Assembly: GCA_019704295.1 (NCBI GenBank)
Contig: AP024596.1
Coordinates: 1,120,001-1,184,000 of the forward strand
DNA from: Sulfolobales archaeon HS-7
Lineage (GTDB): Archaea > Thermoproteota > Thermoprotei_A > Sulfolobales > Sulfolobaceae
Direction of reading: 5' to 3'
DNA: 64,000 nucleotides
Positions 29,920 through 40,314 of this stretch are shown piece by piece (within the stretch, counting starts at the first letter, position 1; each line of letters opens with the position of its first letter). The position numbers and the translations under genes are program-made. The notes beneath the pieces are model-generated. The model was given only the letters and a program-made list of their open reading frames with translations, was not told the origin of the DNA and did no database searches.

Positions 29920-30390
29920 TTATTTCTCTATCATATTTATTACATTATCCAACATTTCCTTAACTTTTCTTAAGTGTTCAGTAATGTCTGCAGTTGAAAA
30001 CTTTGCCTCGTGAAATCCCCAAACGTGAAGAATATAGGCAGAATTCCAGCCGTTTAAAACCCAATCCCCTAAATCTTTAGCCAGCCTATCAACTGCTGAA
30101 GCTAACCAATAAGTGTACCACCTTCCCCCTTTCAATGCTTGTTGATATTTAGGAATGTTTAACTTCTCCGCTAAGGCCTTAACGATTTCTTCAGCGGTTT
30201 TATAAGCCTTTTCCGAAGCCTGTACGGCATCACCTTTCTCCAAATAGTCTTCTGCCTCTGCAATGTATTTCTTTGCTAGCTCTGTTCTTAAGTTAATTGC
30301 ATCCTTAGGATCTTTCCTTGAAATGGCGTTAATTATTAAGTTGTTAATATCAATGTCATGCTCTTTAGCCTTTTTGATTGGCTTCTCTAT
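29920..30390 (-). CDS. PaREP1 family protein (start codon ATA, possible pseudogene)
   Basis: GDAVQASEKAYK, LHVWGFHE. The frame is open to ATA at 30390, encoding (M)EKPIKKAKEHDIDINNLII, the usual PaREP1 N-terminus. Confidence 0.85.
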   Translation of the reverse strand: MEKPIKKAKEHDIDINNLIINAISRKDPKDAINLRTELAKKYIAEAEDYLEKGDAVQASEKAYKTAEEIVKALAEKLNIPKYQQALKGGRWYTYWLASAVDRLAKDLGDWVLNGWNSAYILHVWGFHEAKFSTADITEHLRKVKEMLDNVINMIEK

Positions 30391-30465
30391 GCTTAGATTA
30401 ATATATTATCACGTTTTAAGCGTTATTAAGGAATGTGCGGTATCGCTAAAACGAGCTAGGGTCGA

Positions 30466-30525
30466 TTTGAATTAAATTTGTTACGGTTATTTAAATATAC
30501 TAAATCCGTAAATGACCAGTAAATG
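30466..30525. mobile_element. Partial copy of the ~160-bp MITE
   Basis: TTGAATTAAATTTGTTAC...AAATATACTAAAT matches the reverse complement of 61170-61222. Confidence 0.5.
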
Positions 30526-30675
30526 ATGACTAATCGGGAGTAGTTACACTCAGTAATTTACTGCATTTTATTGATCTTTCTCATAAATTACAATTGACAA
30601 TGGGGACCTAAATCGTACTCTCTAACCTCATAAAGTTAAATCCCTAACTTTTTAAGAAATTTCTGAGATATGAAA

Positions 30676-31668
30676 TTATTGACTCAGTGGTCCCTTGTAA
30701 AATTTGCCATCAAGGTAAAGGTTGTACTTGTTAAGAGAGAACTTAATCCTTTCACCTGGATTCACTAAACTCCTGGCTTTGATTGCGAAGAGATCGTCTT
30801 CAAGTCTACACATTGCGTAATATGAGTCGCCGACCAGTTGAAGGGATTCAACTAAGCATGAGTTATCCCCCTCCCAATCGACCCACTCAGCTCTAAACCC
30901 TACTTCTCCCTCGAAATCCAAGCCGATGTTTTTTGCACGCAGGAAATTCATTGGCACTTCACCTACAAATTCTCCTATCCATTTCGTTAACGGCCTCTCA
31001 TAAATGCTCGAAAAAGTATCTATCTGTTCAAACTTTCCATTATGTAGAACTCCAACTCTTGTCGATAGTGCAGCTGCTTCGGCGTGATTATGCGTTACGT
31101 ATAATACCGTTTGCTTAAACTCCTCTTTTATTTTCCTTAGCAAACCTATGGCGAGGAATTTTGTCCTCGGATCAACGTTACTTAGAGGTTCATCCAGTAG
31201 GAAAATACGCGGATTCCTGACTAACGCCCTTGCTAACGCTACTCTCTGCTGTTGTCCTCCACTTAACTGCGTAACCCTTTTTTCAAGAATCGACTTTATA
31301 TTCAAAGTCTGGGCGATATCGTTTACCTTTTTTGCAATTTCCTCCTTTGGAATCTTTCTAAGCTTAAGCGGATACGCTATATTGTCGTAGACGTTCATAT
31401 TAGGATAGAGAGCGTAATTTTGAAACATGAAGGCTATGTTCCTCTTATTAGGTGGAAGGTTCGTAATTTTTTCCCCGTCTAGGTAGATTTCCCCCTCATC
31501 AGGTTCCTCTATTCCCGCTATTACTCTAAGTAAGGTAGACTTCCCTTCACCGGAGGGGCCTAATATTACGAAGAACTCCTCATTATTAACTTCGATGCTA
31601 ACGTTATCTAACACCGGTCTTTTATTGAAGGTCTTAGTAAGATTTACGACTTTCAGTTTTGCAGTCAT
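30676..31668 (-). CDS. Sugar ABC transporter ATP-binding protein (MalK-like)
   Basis: GPSGEGKST, FQNYALYP, LSGGQ, LDEPLSN. Confidence 0.93.
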   Translation of the reverse strand: MTAKLKVVNLTKTFNKRPVLDNVSIEVNNEEFFVILGPSGEGKSTLLRVIAGIEEPDEGEIYLDGEKITNLPPNKRNIAFMFQNYALYPNMNVYDNIAYPLKLRKIPKEEIAKKVNDIAQTLNIKSILEKRVTQLSGGQQQRVALARALVRNPRIFLLDEPLSNVDPRTKFLAIGLLRKIKEEFKQTVLYVTHNHAEAAALSTRVGVLHNGKFEQIDTFSSIYERPLTKWIGEFVGEVPMNFLRAKNIGLDFEGEVGFRAEWVDWEGDNSCLVESLQLVGDSYYAMCRLEDDLFAIKARSLVNPGERIKFSLNKYNLYLDGKFYKGPLSQ

Positions 31669-31866
31669 ATAGTAATATAGATATAGAGTAATTAAAATAA
31701 TTTATAGTAAACAGTCACTTACACACTTAAGGAATATTCGCTTATACTAAACCTGGTAAATTTAAACAAGGAGTACACATTCAGTAGGGAGTATGACCTA
31801 TGTTTAAATATTAACTTTTTGGAAAAACTTTTTATATGATTATGTAGTATATGCAGGCTAGTCAGG

Positions 31867-33258
31867 GTGAAAATATTTATGAAGAGTAGGAGAGAAAGTT
31901 TAAATAAAGCAATTTCAAGGACTATAGTTGCAATTATTGCAATAATAATAGTGGCGGTTGCAGCAATCGCAATTGTCGGGTTTGTTGAGCCTGGAATATT
32001 CATATCACATAAACCGTCAGTTATTACGATAAATTACTACGACGATCTCGCTCCGTCTGAGGCAAAGGTTTTTGAGTCGGTAGTAATTCCTATGTTTGAG
32101 AAGGAGAATCCTAACATAAAGATTAATTACGTCGATGAAAGTGCAAGTGACATAGTCTCTAGTGTGGAGTCCTTGGAGGAGGGCCATGACGTTGGTCCCA
32201 CAATAATTGCCGAGGATAACATGGTAATAGGTGAACTCCTATATGGAGGATATCTGATGAATATAACTAACGTCTCGTCGTCCATAATGCCATCTCAAAT
32301 GATCCCGTCAATGACCAACTTAGTTAATTACGAAGTCAAGGCGTTTCATGGAGTTTTCTTCATCCCCTTAAGGGCGAACATACCGCTAGTCTTCTACAAC
32401 AAGACAGCTCTAGAGTCAGCAGGTATCACGCAACCCCCCTCTACATTACAACAACTTCTGCAGGACGCACAGACTCTTTATCAGAAAACCGGTATTAAAC
32501 CCGTTATGTTCCAGGGACACGGAGGCGCGAGTACTCCTACAGAACTATTTCAATGGATGGTCCAATTTGGAGGTAACCCTATGGTTCTCAACGACAGCGG
32601 AGACATTCAGACATTCCAGTACATATATAACCTTAGTGCATACTTCAATCCCGACTATATTCATGGTTACTGGGGAAGCTATAAGGGTTTAGCTGACGGT
32701 TCATATTACATCCTTGACTATCAGTGGCCATATGTATATCCAATATTAACGGGAAGTCCTCCGTCTGGACTAGGTGTCCCAACCTCTTCATTAGGGGTGT
32801 ATCCAGGTCCTTCTGGTCCTGTTAATAACGACCACGTAGTAGGTGGCGACGTGCTGGCAATACCTAAGGGGGCTACGGATCTAAGCGCTCTAGTCACATT
32901 TGCCAAGTTCCTACTCTCGGAGCAGGTGCAGAGGATATTCATAGTGGACCTCAGCTGGCCGGCAGTTAATGAACAGGCTTATGCTAACTTGCCTTCAAAT
33001 ATTTCGACAATTTATCAGGCAGAGGAAGAGGCTATATCTGCTCCCGTATTCAGACCGCCAGTTCCTTGGATTGACGAATGGAACTCTATTGTAGATCAGG
33101 TCTGGACTCAGATAATAGTCGACCATGCACCGTACAGTCAGATACCTTCAATTTTGAGTAAAGCTAACGCAGAACTTTACAACTATCTGAAAACTAACTA
33201 TAATCAGACAGTAGCCCAGGAGTACGAGGAGGGATACTTCGCACCATTGTACGGCTGA
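31867..33258 (+). CDS. Sugar ABC substrate-binding protein (trehalose/maltose type) with class III signal peptide
   Basis: KA/ISRT prepilin-type cleavage site followed by a hydrophobic helix; FEKENPNIKI and YNK SBP motifs. Confidence 0.88.
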   Translation: MKIFMKSRRESLNKAISRTIVAIIAIIIVAVAAIAIVGFVEPGIFISHKPSVITINYYDDLAPSEAKVFESVVIPMFEKENPNIKINYVDESASDIVSSVESLEEGHDVGPTIIAEDNMVIGELLYGGYLMNITNVSSSIMPSQMIPSMTNLVNYEVKAFHGVFFIPLRANIPLVFYNKTALESAGITQPPSTLQQLLQDAQTLYQKTGIKPVMFQGHGGASTPTELFQWMVQFGGNPMVLNDSGDIQTFQYIYNLSAYFNPDYIHGYWGSYKGLADGSYYILDYQWPYVYPILTGSPPSGLGVPTSSLGVYPGPSGPVNNDHVVGGDVLAIPKGATDLSALVTFAKFLLSEQVQRIFIVDLSWPAVNEQAYANLPSNISTIYQAEEEAISAPVFRPPVPWIDEWNSIVDQVWTQIIVDHAPYSQIPSILSKANAELYNYLKTNYNQTVAQEYEEGYFAPLYG

Positions 33259-33264
33259 TTCGTA

Positions 33265-34089
33265 ATGAAAGGTAATTACGTCAATTATTTTTTTGTTTTA
33301 CCCGCAATTCTTTACGTTATTGTTCTCGTCTTCTTACCTACAGTCGAGGTTGTTTACCTTAGCTTTACCAATCCTCACGGTAAATTCACTTTATCTAATT
33401 ATGAGGCCCTACCCTACTTCGGTTTAACTCATTCCATAATTGATACAGCGATTGTAGTTACGGGAGCTTTAGTCCTACAGCTTATCATAGGATTAGGAGT
33501 GGCCTCCCTTTTAACCAGAGCGTTTTACGGGAAAAAAGCGCTCTACGTGTTATCAATAATCCCCCTAGGTATTGCGACAGTGGTCGCGGCCGTTGACTTT
33601 CACTATATTTTCTCTCCGGTAGGAGGGTTCGCTAATTCAATACTTAAGGGAATCGGTGTAACGCCAATAAATTGGTACTCTAACCAGTATTTGGAAATGC
33701 TTACAGTGATTATTGCCGATAGCTGGAGGAACTCCCCGATATTTACGTTACTCATGATTGCAGGTTACTCTAGTATTCCACGAGATCTGTATAACGCTGC
33801 GGCCATTGATGGAGCGGGAATAGTTAGACGGTTTTTTAACGTAACTCTCCCTAATATAAAGAGGTACATAGTAATAGCCTTGATAATTAGGGGTGTCAGT
33901 GAATTCAACATATTCGCTCTCCCCCTAATAATGATCGGTTATAATCCACCCTTATTGACGACATTGACATACGAATTTTACTCAACGACAGTAACGCTTT
34001 ACTACTCTTACGCCGCTGCTACGGTATTATTAGCGTTCATAATTGGGTTCATCATAATTGTCCTCAAGATTGGAGGCGGTCGAAGATGA
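33265..34089 (+). CDS. Sugar ABC permease (MalF-like)
   Basis: LYNAAAIDGA...TLP EAA loop. Confidence 0.92.
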   Translation: MKGNYVNYFFVLPAILYVIVLVFLPTVEVVYLSFTNPHGKFTLSNYEALPYFGLTHSIIDTAIVVTGALVLQLIIGLGVASLLTRAFYGKKALYVLSIIPLGIATVVAAVDFHYIFSPVGGFANSILKGIGVTPINWYSNQYLEMLTVIIADSWRNSPIFTLLMIAGYSSIPRDLYNAAAIDGAGIVRRFFNVTLPNIKRYIVIALIIRGVSEFNIFALPLIMIGYNPPLLTTLTYEFYSTTVTLYYSYAAATVLLAFIIGFIIIVLKIGGGRR

Positions 34090-34886
34090 GATGGGGATAC
34101 ATCGCTATTATAATTCTCGTCATGTTCTTCCTTTACCCGATTTACGTGTTGTTCCTTGTGTCCTTTGTACCCCCGCAATACACAGTCGATAGACTTTACC
34201 CTGATCAGATACCGGTTGCACTAACTTTACATAACATAATTCATGCCATTGAGAACGCCGAACTAACCGGCGCGCTGGACAAAAGCCTGATTGTGGCGAC
34301 AATTGTGGGTATTCTGGCTCTTGTACTGGGAATTCCAGCCGCCTACGGTTTAAGCAAGCTAGAGGAAAAGGTTGCTACGCTGATTACTACATTACTTTTC
34401 GTGGTGAACATGATGCCTGCTATTGTCATTGCAATTCCAATTGCTGCGGATTTCATAAAGATAGGACTTTTTGACTCCGCACTAGGTTTAGCGTTAGCCC
34501 AGGAACTCGTAGTTCTACCGATCTCCACGTTTATATTATTGGGTAGTTTCCAATCGATACCAAGAGATCTTGAGAATCAGGCAAGAGTTGATGGAGCTGG
34601 AATCTTCAGGGCGCTCTTTGATACTATTCTTCCTGTAGCTCGCGAGGGGATTATTGCAACGTTTCTCCTGGCATGGATGACGTCCTGGGACGAGTTTACG
34701 TACGCTATACTGATATCCCCAATAAAGCCAACATTGCCCGTACACATTTACCTATACACTACGAGAGGAAGCATAATAGATGCCTCAGCATTCTCCCTCC
34801 TACTAACTCTTCCTGTGCTGGCATTAACGCTCGGCCTTCAGAAGTACCTTAGAGGGGAGTATTTAGGCGGGGGCATAAAGGCTTAG
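34086..34886 (+). CDS. Sugar ABC permease (MalG-like)
   Basis: LENQARVDGA EAA loop, SWDEF. Confidence 0.92.
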   Translation: MRWGYIAIIILVMFFLYPIYVLFLVSFVPPQYTVDRLYPDQIPVALTLHNIIHAIENAELTGALDKSLIVATIVGILALVLGIPAAYGLSKLEEKVATLITTLLFVVNMMPAIVIAIPIAADFIKIGLFDSALGLALAQELVVLPISTFILLGSFQSIPRDLENQARVDGAGIFRALFDTILPVAREGIIATFLLAWMTSWDEFTYAILISPIKPTLPVHIYLYTTRGSIIDASAFSLLLTLPVLALTLGLQKYLRGEYLGGGIKA

Positions 34887-35612
34887 GAAGGCAATTGAGG
34901 TTACGGGTAAGATTAACGCCAGTAAATGACCTGCAACGAAACTTCCTATAAGGGCTATGAGCCCCGTTCCCACCTGTTCCATAGCGCCTCTCCACTTAGG
35001 TAAACCGGTGTACTTAGTTCCAATCAAGCCGAAAATTCCCAGTGTAATGACCGTGAGAACTATTGATGAGATAGCGGGATAGGTAAAGCCTGACCTCGTT
35101 AATACTCCCACCATGAATGGAATAGTGGGTATCATTCCACCGAGAATGAGGTACAGGGACATTATGAGTCCCAACTTCACCGGCTTTTCAAATTCCTCCG
35201 GTAGTACCCTTAATTCCTCCATCATCATTTCCCTCAGTGTGGTTTCCTTATTAGACATTATCCTCCTAGCTATGTTCTCTGCCTCCTCCCTGGAAAACCC
35301 CTTATTTACGTACATTCCGACGAGTTCCTCAAATTCCTTTTGAGGCATTTTCTCGATCTCCATACTCTCTTTCTTTATCTCGTTTTCTATTATCTGCATT
35401 CTAACTCTCGTTGAAATGTACTCACCAATACCCATGGAGAAGGCCTGGGCAATAGTCCCCATTATTCCGGCTACCATTACGTCGAATGGGCTTGCTGTGT
35501 AACCCGCAATACCCAGGGCAAGAGCGCCTACTCCTATTAGTCCATCTTGGATGCCGAAAACTATTGTCCTGAACCTATCTGCCTCATCAGTGTAATGTTT
35601 TACCTGATCCAT
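34863..35612 (-). CDS. VIT1/CCC1 family iron/manganese transporter
   Basis: VFGIQDGL, SMGIGEYIS, Glu-rich cytoplasmic metal-binding domain. Confidence 0.92.
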   Translation of the reverse strand: MDQVKHYTDEADRFRTIVFGIQDGLIGVGALALGIAGYTASPFDVMVAGIMGTIAQAFSMGIGEYISTRVRMQIIENEIKKESMEIEKMPQKEFEELVGMYVNKGFSREEAENIARRIMSNKETTLREMMMEELRVLPEEFEKPVKLGLIMSLYLILGGMIPTIPFMVGVLTRSGFTYPAISSIVLTVITLGIFGLIGTKYTGLPKWRGAMEQVGTGLIALIGSFVAGHLLALILPVTSIAFLSLYAPA

Positions 35613-35672
35613 AATTTCCTTTTAGCAGTTATTTAATAAAAATGTTCTCCTTTTGCGATAAATCGTAATTTT

Positions 35673-36137
35673 TTACGCCAATTCGTAAATATCTTCACTC
35701 CTTCGAAGTAATCCGCTGTAAACCCCCCACTCATTGAGGATAACCTCTAGGTCGTGTTTTCCTGAGGGGGAATTAAACTTAGACACGCCCTCTTCCTGTA
35801 ATTTCTCCATGAGTTCTTCAACGGAAAACCTCTTTAGATTTAACGCAGTGTGGAATGGCTCTATACGTGGTAATCTCTCCCTCAGGATATCCTTTCTCTT
35901 CCTTATACCCGAGGAGATGAACTCCATTCCCAAATCTGTAATAATTATGTCGCCCTCTCCAACGGTTATCATTCCCAGAGCGGATGCGGAGTAGACTATA
36001 GGCATTAGATCGTCTAGGTCTACCTCCAACTCCTTTTCGAGTTGATAGAGATCGGTCCTACCTCTAAATGTGTTCATCAGAACATATAATAACCCTATGA
36101 GATCTGCTACACGCGCGTTCGGATCTATGGTTTCCAT
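35673..36137 (-). CDS. Stand-alone AAA-associated C-terminal-type domain of NitT/TauT ATPases
   Basis: LIGLL...GRTDLYQL...DDLMPIV...GDIIIT..G...WGVY pattern; divergent from the cognate ATPase gene. Confidence 0.7.
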   Translation of the reverse strand: METIDPNARVADLIGLLYVLMNTFRGRTDLYQLEKELEVDLDDLMPIVYSASALGMITVGEGDIIITDLGMEFISSGIRKRKDILRERLPRIEPFHTALNLKRFSVEELMEKLQEEGVSKFNSPSGKHDLEVILNEWGVYSGLLRRSEDIYELA

Positions 36138-36281
36138 AATCTATAGTTTCAAGATGCCGTTATAGCATTATCGCTGAGAACAGCGAAGGTGTTAGTTAGC
36201 GCTTGAACTTAGAATAGATTTAAAGGGATCTCTTAGAAGTTTGACAATAGAGGCTGGGAAGATGGAACAATATTAGAGGCC

Positions 36282-37028
36282 GTGGATGTAGCCTTCACGT
36301 ACGATAACGGCTACAAAGTATTTGAGGACGTTAGTTTGACTGCAGATGAGAATAAGTTCGTTGCAATCATAGGTCCTTCTGGAGTGGGTAAATCCACCCT
36401 TCTCAGGATTTTGGGCGGATTTCTAAAACCCTTCGCTGGGGAAGTGAAATTATTAGGGAGGACTATTACGAGACCTACACCGAAAATAGCTTTAGTGCAT
36501 CAATCAATCGTAACTTTTCCCTGGATGACGGCTTTAGAGAACGTAATGTTGGCTATGAAACCTAAAAGGATTCCTAAGGAAGAGGCATTGAAAACTGCTA
36601 AGAAGGCATTAGAACTCGTGGGACTATCGGGTTTTGAGAATTTGTATCCTAAGGAGATGAGCGGCGGGATGAGGCAAAGGGTGGCCATTGCGAGGGCTCT
36701 GGCGGCGGAACCCCTTGTCCTACTGATGGACGAACCCTTCTCTCATCTCGATGAATTAACGGCTGAGGGCCTCAGACACGAAATTTACAATATACTTTTC
36801 GCCGAAGAGTCGCCGCTGAAGAGCGTAATCATGGTATCTCATAATCTAACGGAGGTGGTGGAGCTCGCTGACGTCGTATACGTTCTGAATGGTTCTCCGG
36901 CAAAAGTTGTGGGCAAAATTGAGATAGATATACCGCGACCTAGAAACCCACAGAATCAAAAGTTCAACGAATACCTTGACACCTTTTACAACTTGTTAAC
37001 CCCAATAAAGGTGCGTAAACGTGAATGA
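36282..37028 (+). CDS. NitT/TauT-type ABC ATP-binding protein
   Basis: GPSGVGKST, FPW, YPKEMSGGMRQR, MDEPF. The likely original start, ATG 36262, is one base out of frame. Confidence 0.92.
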   Translation: MDVAFTYDNGYKVFEDVSLTADENKFVAIIGPSGVGKSTLLRILGGFLKPFAGEVKLLGRTITRPTPKIALVHQSIVTFPWMTALENVMLAMKPKRIPKEEALKTAKKALELVGLSGFENLYPKEMSGGMRQRVAIARALAAEPLVLLMDEPFSHLDELTAEGLRHEIYNILFAEESPLKSVIMVSHNLTEVVELADVVYVLNGSPAKVVGKIEIDIPRPRNPQNQKFNEYLDTFYNLLTPIKVRKRE

Positions 37029-38634
37029 CGTAATAATAATTCTAGCTACGCTTGCGACTACGGGTAGGGTATTGGGATTGACTTTGTTGTCCATAGTTAC
37101 TGGATGGCTTTTAGCATATCAGGCTATAGGCAGCAAAGTTTTTGAGAATATTTACATTTCGGTTATAGAGGTTTTCGAATCCGTACCAGTAATCTCATTT
37201 TTCCCCGTTGTACTACTCATCTTCGTTACTGGTGTAGGAGGTCCGATTGGAACGGAGCTAGCTACGGATTTCCTAGTGTTTACAGCTGTCGTCTGGAATA
37301 TATGGGTAGCGGCTTATCAGGCGTTTAAGACTCTTCCTAGAGAGATGCTTGAGGTGGTTGAAAACTACAAGTTCGGATTCTGGGGGAAGATGAGGAACGT
37401 GTATATACCCTTTTCCCTTCCTAGAATAGCGGCAAATCTTTTCCCAAGCATAGCCGACGCGTTTTTTTACATAACGGTTAGCGAGGTGTTCTCGGTTGGC
37501 ACCAAACAGTACAGTGCATTTGGCATTGGAACTCTAATAACACAGTTTATTCAGGAGGAGAACTGGGGAGATATCGCTTTTTCCTTAACCGTACTAGCAA
37601 TAGTCGTAGCACTAGTAATGGTTGGTCTTAGGGAATACTCTAAATACGTAGTTGCGAGATACACAGTGGATACGGACGCACCCATCATAAGAAGAGGTAG
37701 GATTAATTTCAGACAATCATCAAGACTTTCATCTGTAGTTTCGAGAAATCCTCTAAGCAAGTTATCGAGGTATTACCCTCATGTAAGGAGAAGAAGAAGT
37801 GAGAAAGAGGAAGAGGAGAATCCAAAGAACATTTCAAAATACGTCTGGATCGCGTTTGGTTCCGTGTTGCTGATACTGCTATTATATGGAACAGTAAAAG
37901 TTGTAACCTCAACCCCCTTAAGTCTGTGGCATTCCCTAATGATGGATACTCCTGAAGTCCTATTAGACTTAGGTTACGATTACGTTAGAGTCGGAATCAT
38001 AGTATTAATTTCCCTATTGTTTTCCGTGACACTTGGATACGCATTGGCGGTATATCATAAACTTGAGGCGGTAATGATACCTATAATTCAGGTTTTCAGT
38101 GCATTTCCCTCACCGGCCTACTTCCCGCTTTTATTCTTGGCCACCTCACCCTTCATTTACGCTGCTTTCGGGCCATTTGCTAACGAGCTTTACGTTCTGG
38201 GGTTAGGTTTCATAAGCACTTTCTATTACGTATTCTACAGCTTCTGGATGGGCGTAAAGGCAATGCCCTCAGAGTATTGGGAGCTTATGAAGAACTTGAA
38301 CCTGAACTTTTTCCAAAAAATGAGGAACATTATATTGCCTGCCACTTTTCCCTACCTAATATCTGGCATTTCGAGCACAGTGAACAGCGCCTGGGGAGGA
38401 CTGGCAATCGGAGAGTTTTGGACTGACATAATAGCCGGCAAGAACCTTTATGTATCTCATGGGCTGATGAAACTGATAGCTGTTGCTACTAATAACGGAA
38501 ACATAGCTTTGGCGGCTTGGGCATCTTTAATTTTCGGAATAGTAGTAGTAGTGTACTCCATACTGTTTACGAGGAAAATGATGGACTTGGCCAGGAAGAA
38601 GTACGTGGCGGAGGAAGGTTTATTCGCTGCTTAA
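37021..38634 (+). CDS. NitT/TauT-type ABC permease (two fused modules)
   Basis: Duplicated permease modules with IPFSLP and ILPATFP motifs. Confidence 0.88.
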   Translation: MNDVIIILATLATTGRVLGLTLLSIVTGWLLAYQAIGSKVFENIYISVIEVFESVPVISFFPVVLLIFVTGVGGPIGTELATDFLVFTAVVWNIWVAAYQAFKTLPREMLEVVENYKFGFWGKMRNVYIPFSLPRIAANLFPSIADAFFYITVSEVFSVGTKQYSAFGIGTLITQFIQEENWGDIAFSLTVLAIVVALVMVGLREYSKYVVARYTVDTDAPIIRRGRINFRQSSRLSSVVSRNPLSKLSRYYPHVRRRRSEKEEEENPKNISKYVWIAFGSVLLILLLYGTVKVVTSTPLSLWHSLMMDTPEVLLDLGYDYVRVGIIVLISLLFSVTLGYALAVYHKLEAVMIPIIQVFSAFPSPAYFPLLFLATSPFIYAAFGPFANELYVLGLGFISTFYYVFYSFWMGVKAMPSEYWELMKNLNLNFFQKMRNIILPATFPYLISGISSTVNSAWGGLAIGEFWTDIIAGKNLYVSHGLMKLIAVATNNGNIALAAWASLIFGIVVVVYSILFTRKMMDLARKKYVAEEGLFAA

Positions 38635-38742
38635 CTTTACGAGATTACATGAGGGGATTTCTTCTCAACCTTAGAGGTGTAACGCTGAACATATAGGGAA
38701 AAAGAGTAGACGTTTGGAGGGTTCCCTTTTTGGAGGCTGGTA

Positions 38743-39282
38743 TTACTCACCTTCGGTACTTTCTCCTTTTACCTTCTCTAAATCTGACAACACAACACTA
38801 TAAATTAGTTCGAGCTTGTCGTCCCAATTTTCCTTAAACCACGCCTTAACGTCTCTGAGGGTTCTCATAGTTAGGCCTACTAAGTCGTGGAGTACTTCAT
38901 CTTTAGCCTCATACTTCGAGAAGTCGGGGTCGAAGCCATTGTATTGGTAATCGTGTAGGAGTAAGGAAACATTTACCAACTCCTCAACGTCTGCAAACCC
39001 AAGCTTTACCAAGTCGATTGAGACTCCTTTCAGTGAGTGTGAAGGTGCAGTGTACCCCTTCTTAGCGTACCACTCGTTGTTAATGGCTAATTTGTCCAAG
39101 TTTTTAGTGACTAGGGCTGATAAAAGCGCCTTGACTGCACTGAATGCCTTTCCCGCAGCGTTTCTGGTCCTCCCTGCAAGCCACATGTTAACGGCTAAGT
39201 CTAAGTCGTCGAGAGCCTCAATGATCCTTGCCCTTGTATAAGCACGTCGGTCAATTTTTGGTGACGTCAGCTTTTCTTCCAT
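38743..39282 (-). CDS. PaREP1 family protein
   Basis: RNAAGKAF, LLHDYQYNGFD motifs. Confidence 0.85.
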   Translation of the reverse strand: MEEKLTSPKIDRRAYTRARIIEALDDLDLAVNMWLAGRTRNAAGKAFSAVKALLSALVTKNLDKLAINNEWYAKKGYTAPSHSLKGVSIDLVKLGFADVEELVNVSLLLHDYQYNGFDPDFSKYEAKDEVLHDLVGLTMRTLRDVKAWFKENWDDKLELIYSVVLSDLEKVKGESTEGE

Positions 39283-39349
39283 ATCTTCTAATTCACGTGG
39301 TATATTAAATACTTAATAGGACGTCAAGAGAGTTAGGCCGTTGTTAGCA

Positions 39350-39602
39350 GTTTCAGATGAAACGTGAACTGTTATATTTATTAAACATATTTTATAAATC
39401 TTCTCATCAGATGTAAAACGCTTTTCCCTAAAGGTGACAGGGCACAAGATGTATTGGTTTCCCCACATTCAAGAACAGGTTTAGGTCACCCAGCTAAAGG
39501 TACGGAGAAGAATGAAAGGGCTAATCCCGAGCGATTTCAATGAAGTCCAAAGGCTGAGGATTTAAAATAAATTAATGAAAATTTAATGAAGCCCAAACCT
39601 CC
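39350..39602 (+). mobile_element. tnpB-derived mini-element family A (left end, TATA, omegaRNA-like 3' end)
   Basis: GTTTCAGATGAA...AAACATATTTTATAAATCT...AAAGGTGA...GGTTTCCCCACAT...GGCTGAGGATTT...TGAAGCCCAAACC, collinear with the reverse complement of 15281-15515. Confidence 0.72.
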
Positions 39603-39736
39603 AAATAACAGGTCTTAGAACTATTAGGATACGTGACAATGTACAATGTATAATAAATATTATTTACTTTATTAATTAAACTTTAGTATATAGAGATAAT
39701 CTATCTAGTAGTGGATAATTAGGACCATAGTAGAGT

Positions 39737-39896
39737 GGCAATTCCTGTGTTTATTGTGAATTCAGTTTATTTATAAAAAAGAATGAATTCAATTGAATAT
39801 AATCGTGTGAAATAGATAGAGATTGGCTCTTAACAATTTCCTTTATTTAACCTATCTTTGCCATAATTATAATTAGTAATAGAAACCTGAATCACC
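39737..39896. mobile_element. ~160-bp MITE with IS1-like TIRs, copy 3
   Basis: GGCAATTCCTGTGTTTATTGTGAATTCAGTTTATTT ... TAGAAACCTGAATCACC. Confidence 0.65.
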
Positions 39897-39944
39897 CCGC
39901 GGAACACTCAGGGAGTTTTTTATGCTTTATGTCGATAAAGAATT

Positions 39945-40314
39945 GTGAAGAGGGTAGAGGACTGGGTAAGGCAGGCTGAAAGGGATTTAGAGGCAGCGAA
40001 GTATTCGAAACAGGGTAACTACTATGAGCTAGCGTGCTTCCTCTCCCAACAGTCAGCGGAAAAAGCAGCGAGGGGGCTTTTGCAGTTTAGGGGAATTGAA
40101 AGAAGGAGTCATTCAGTTCTTCATCTCCTGGAAAATCCTGCTGATGACATACGTGGATGTGCCTCTTACCTGGACAAACAGTACACCCCCCTCAAGGTAC
40201 CCTGATGTTTACGACGAGGGATCTCCCTTCGAGTATTACACGGAGAAGGAGGCCGAGGAATGCATAACTCGTGCAGAGAAGATACTTTCCTGGGCGAAGA
40301 AAGAGGTCTTGTGA
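39945..40314 (+). pseudogene. HEPN-domain protein, +1 frameshift
   Basis: QAERDL, ACFLSQQSAEK. Removing one C from the C6 run at 40186-40191 restores YTPSRYPD...YTEKEAEECI. Confidence 0.85.
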
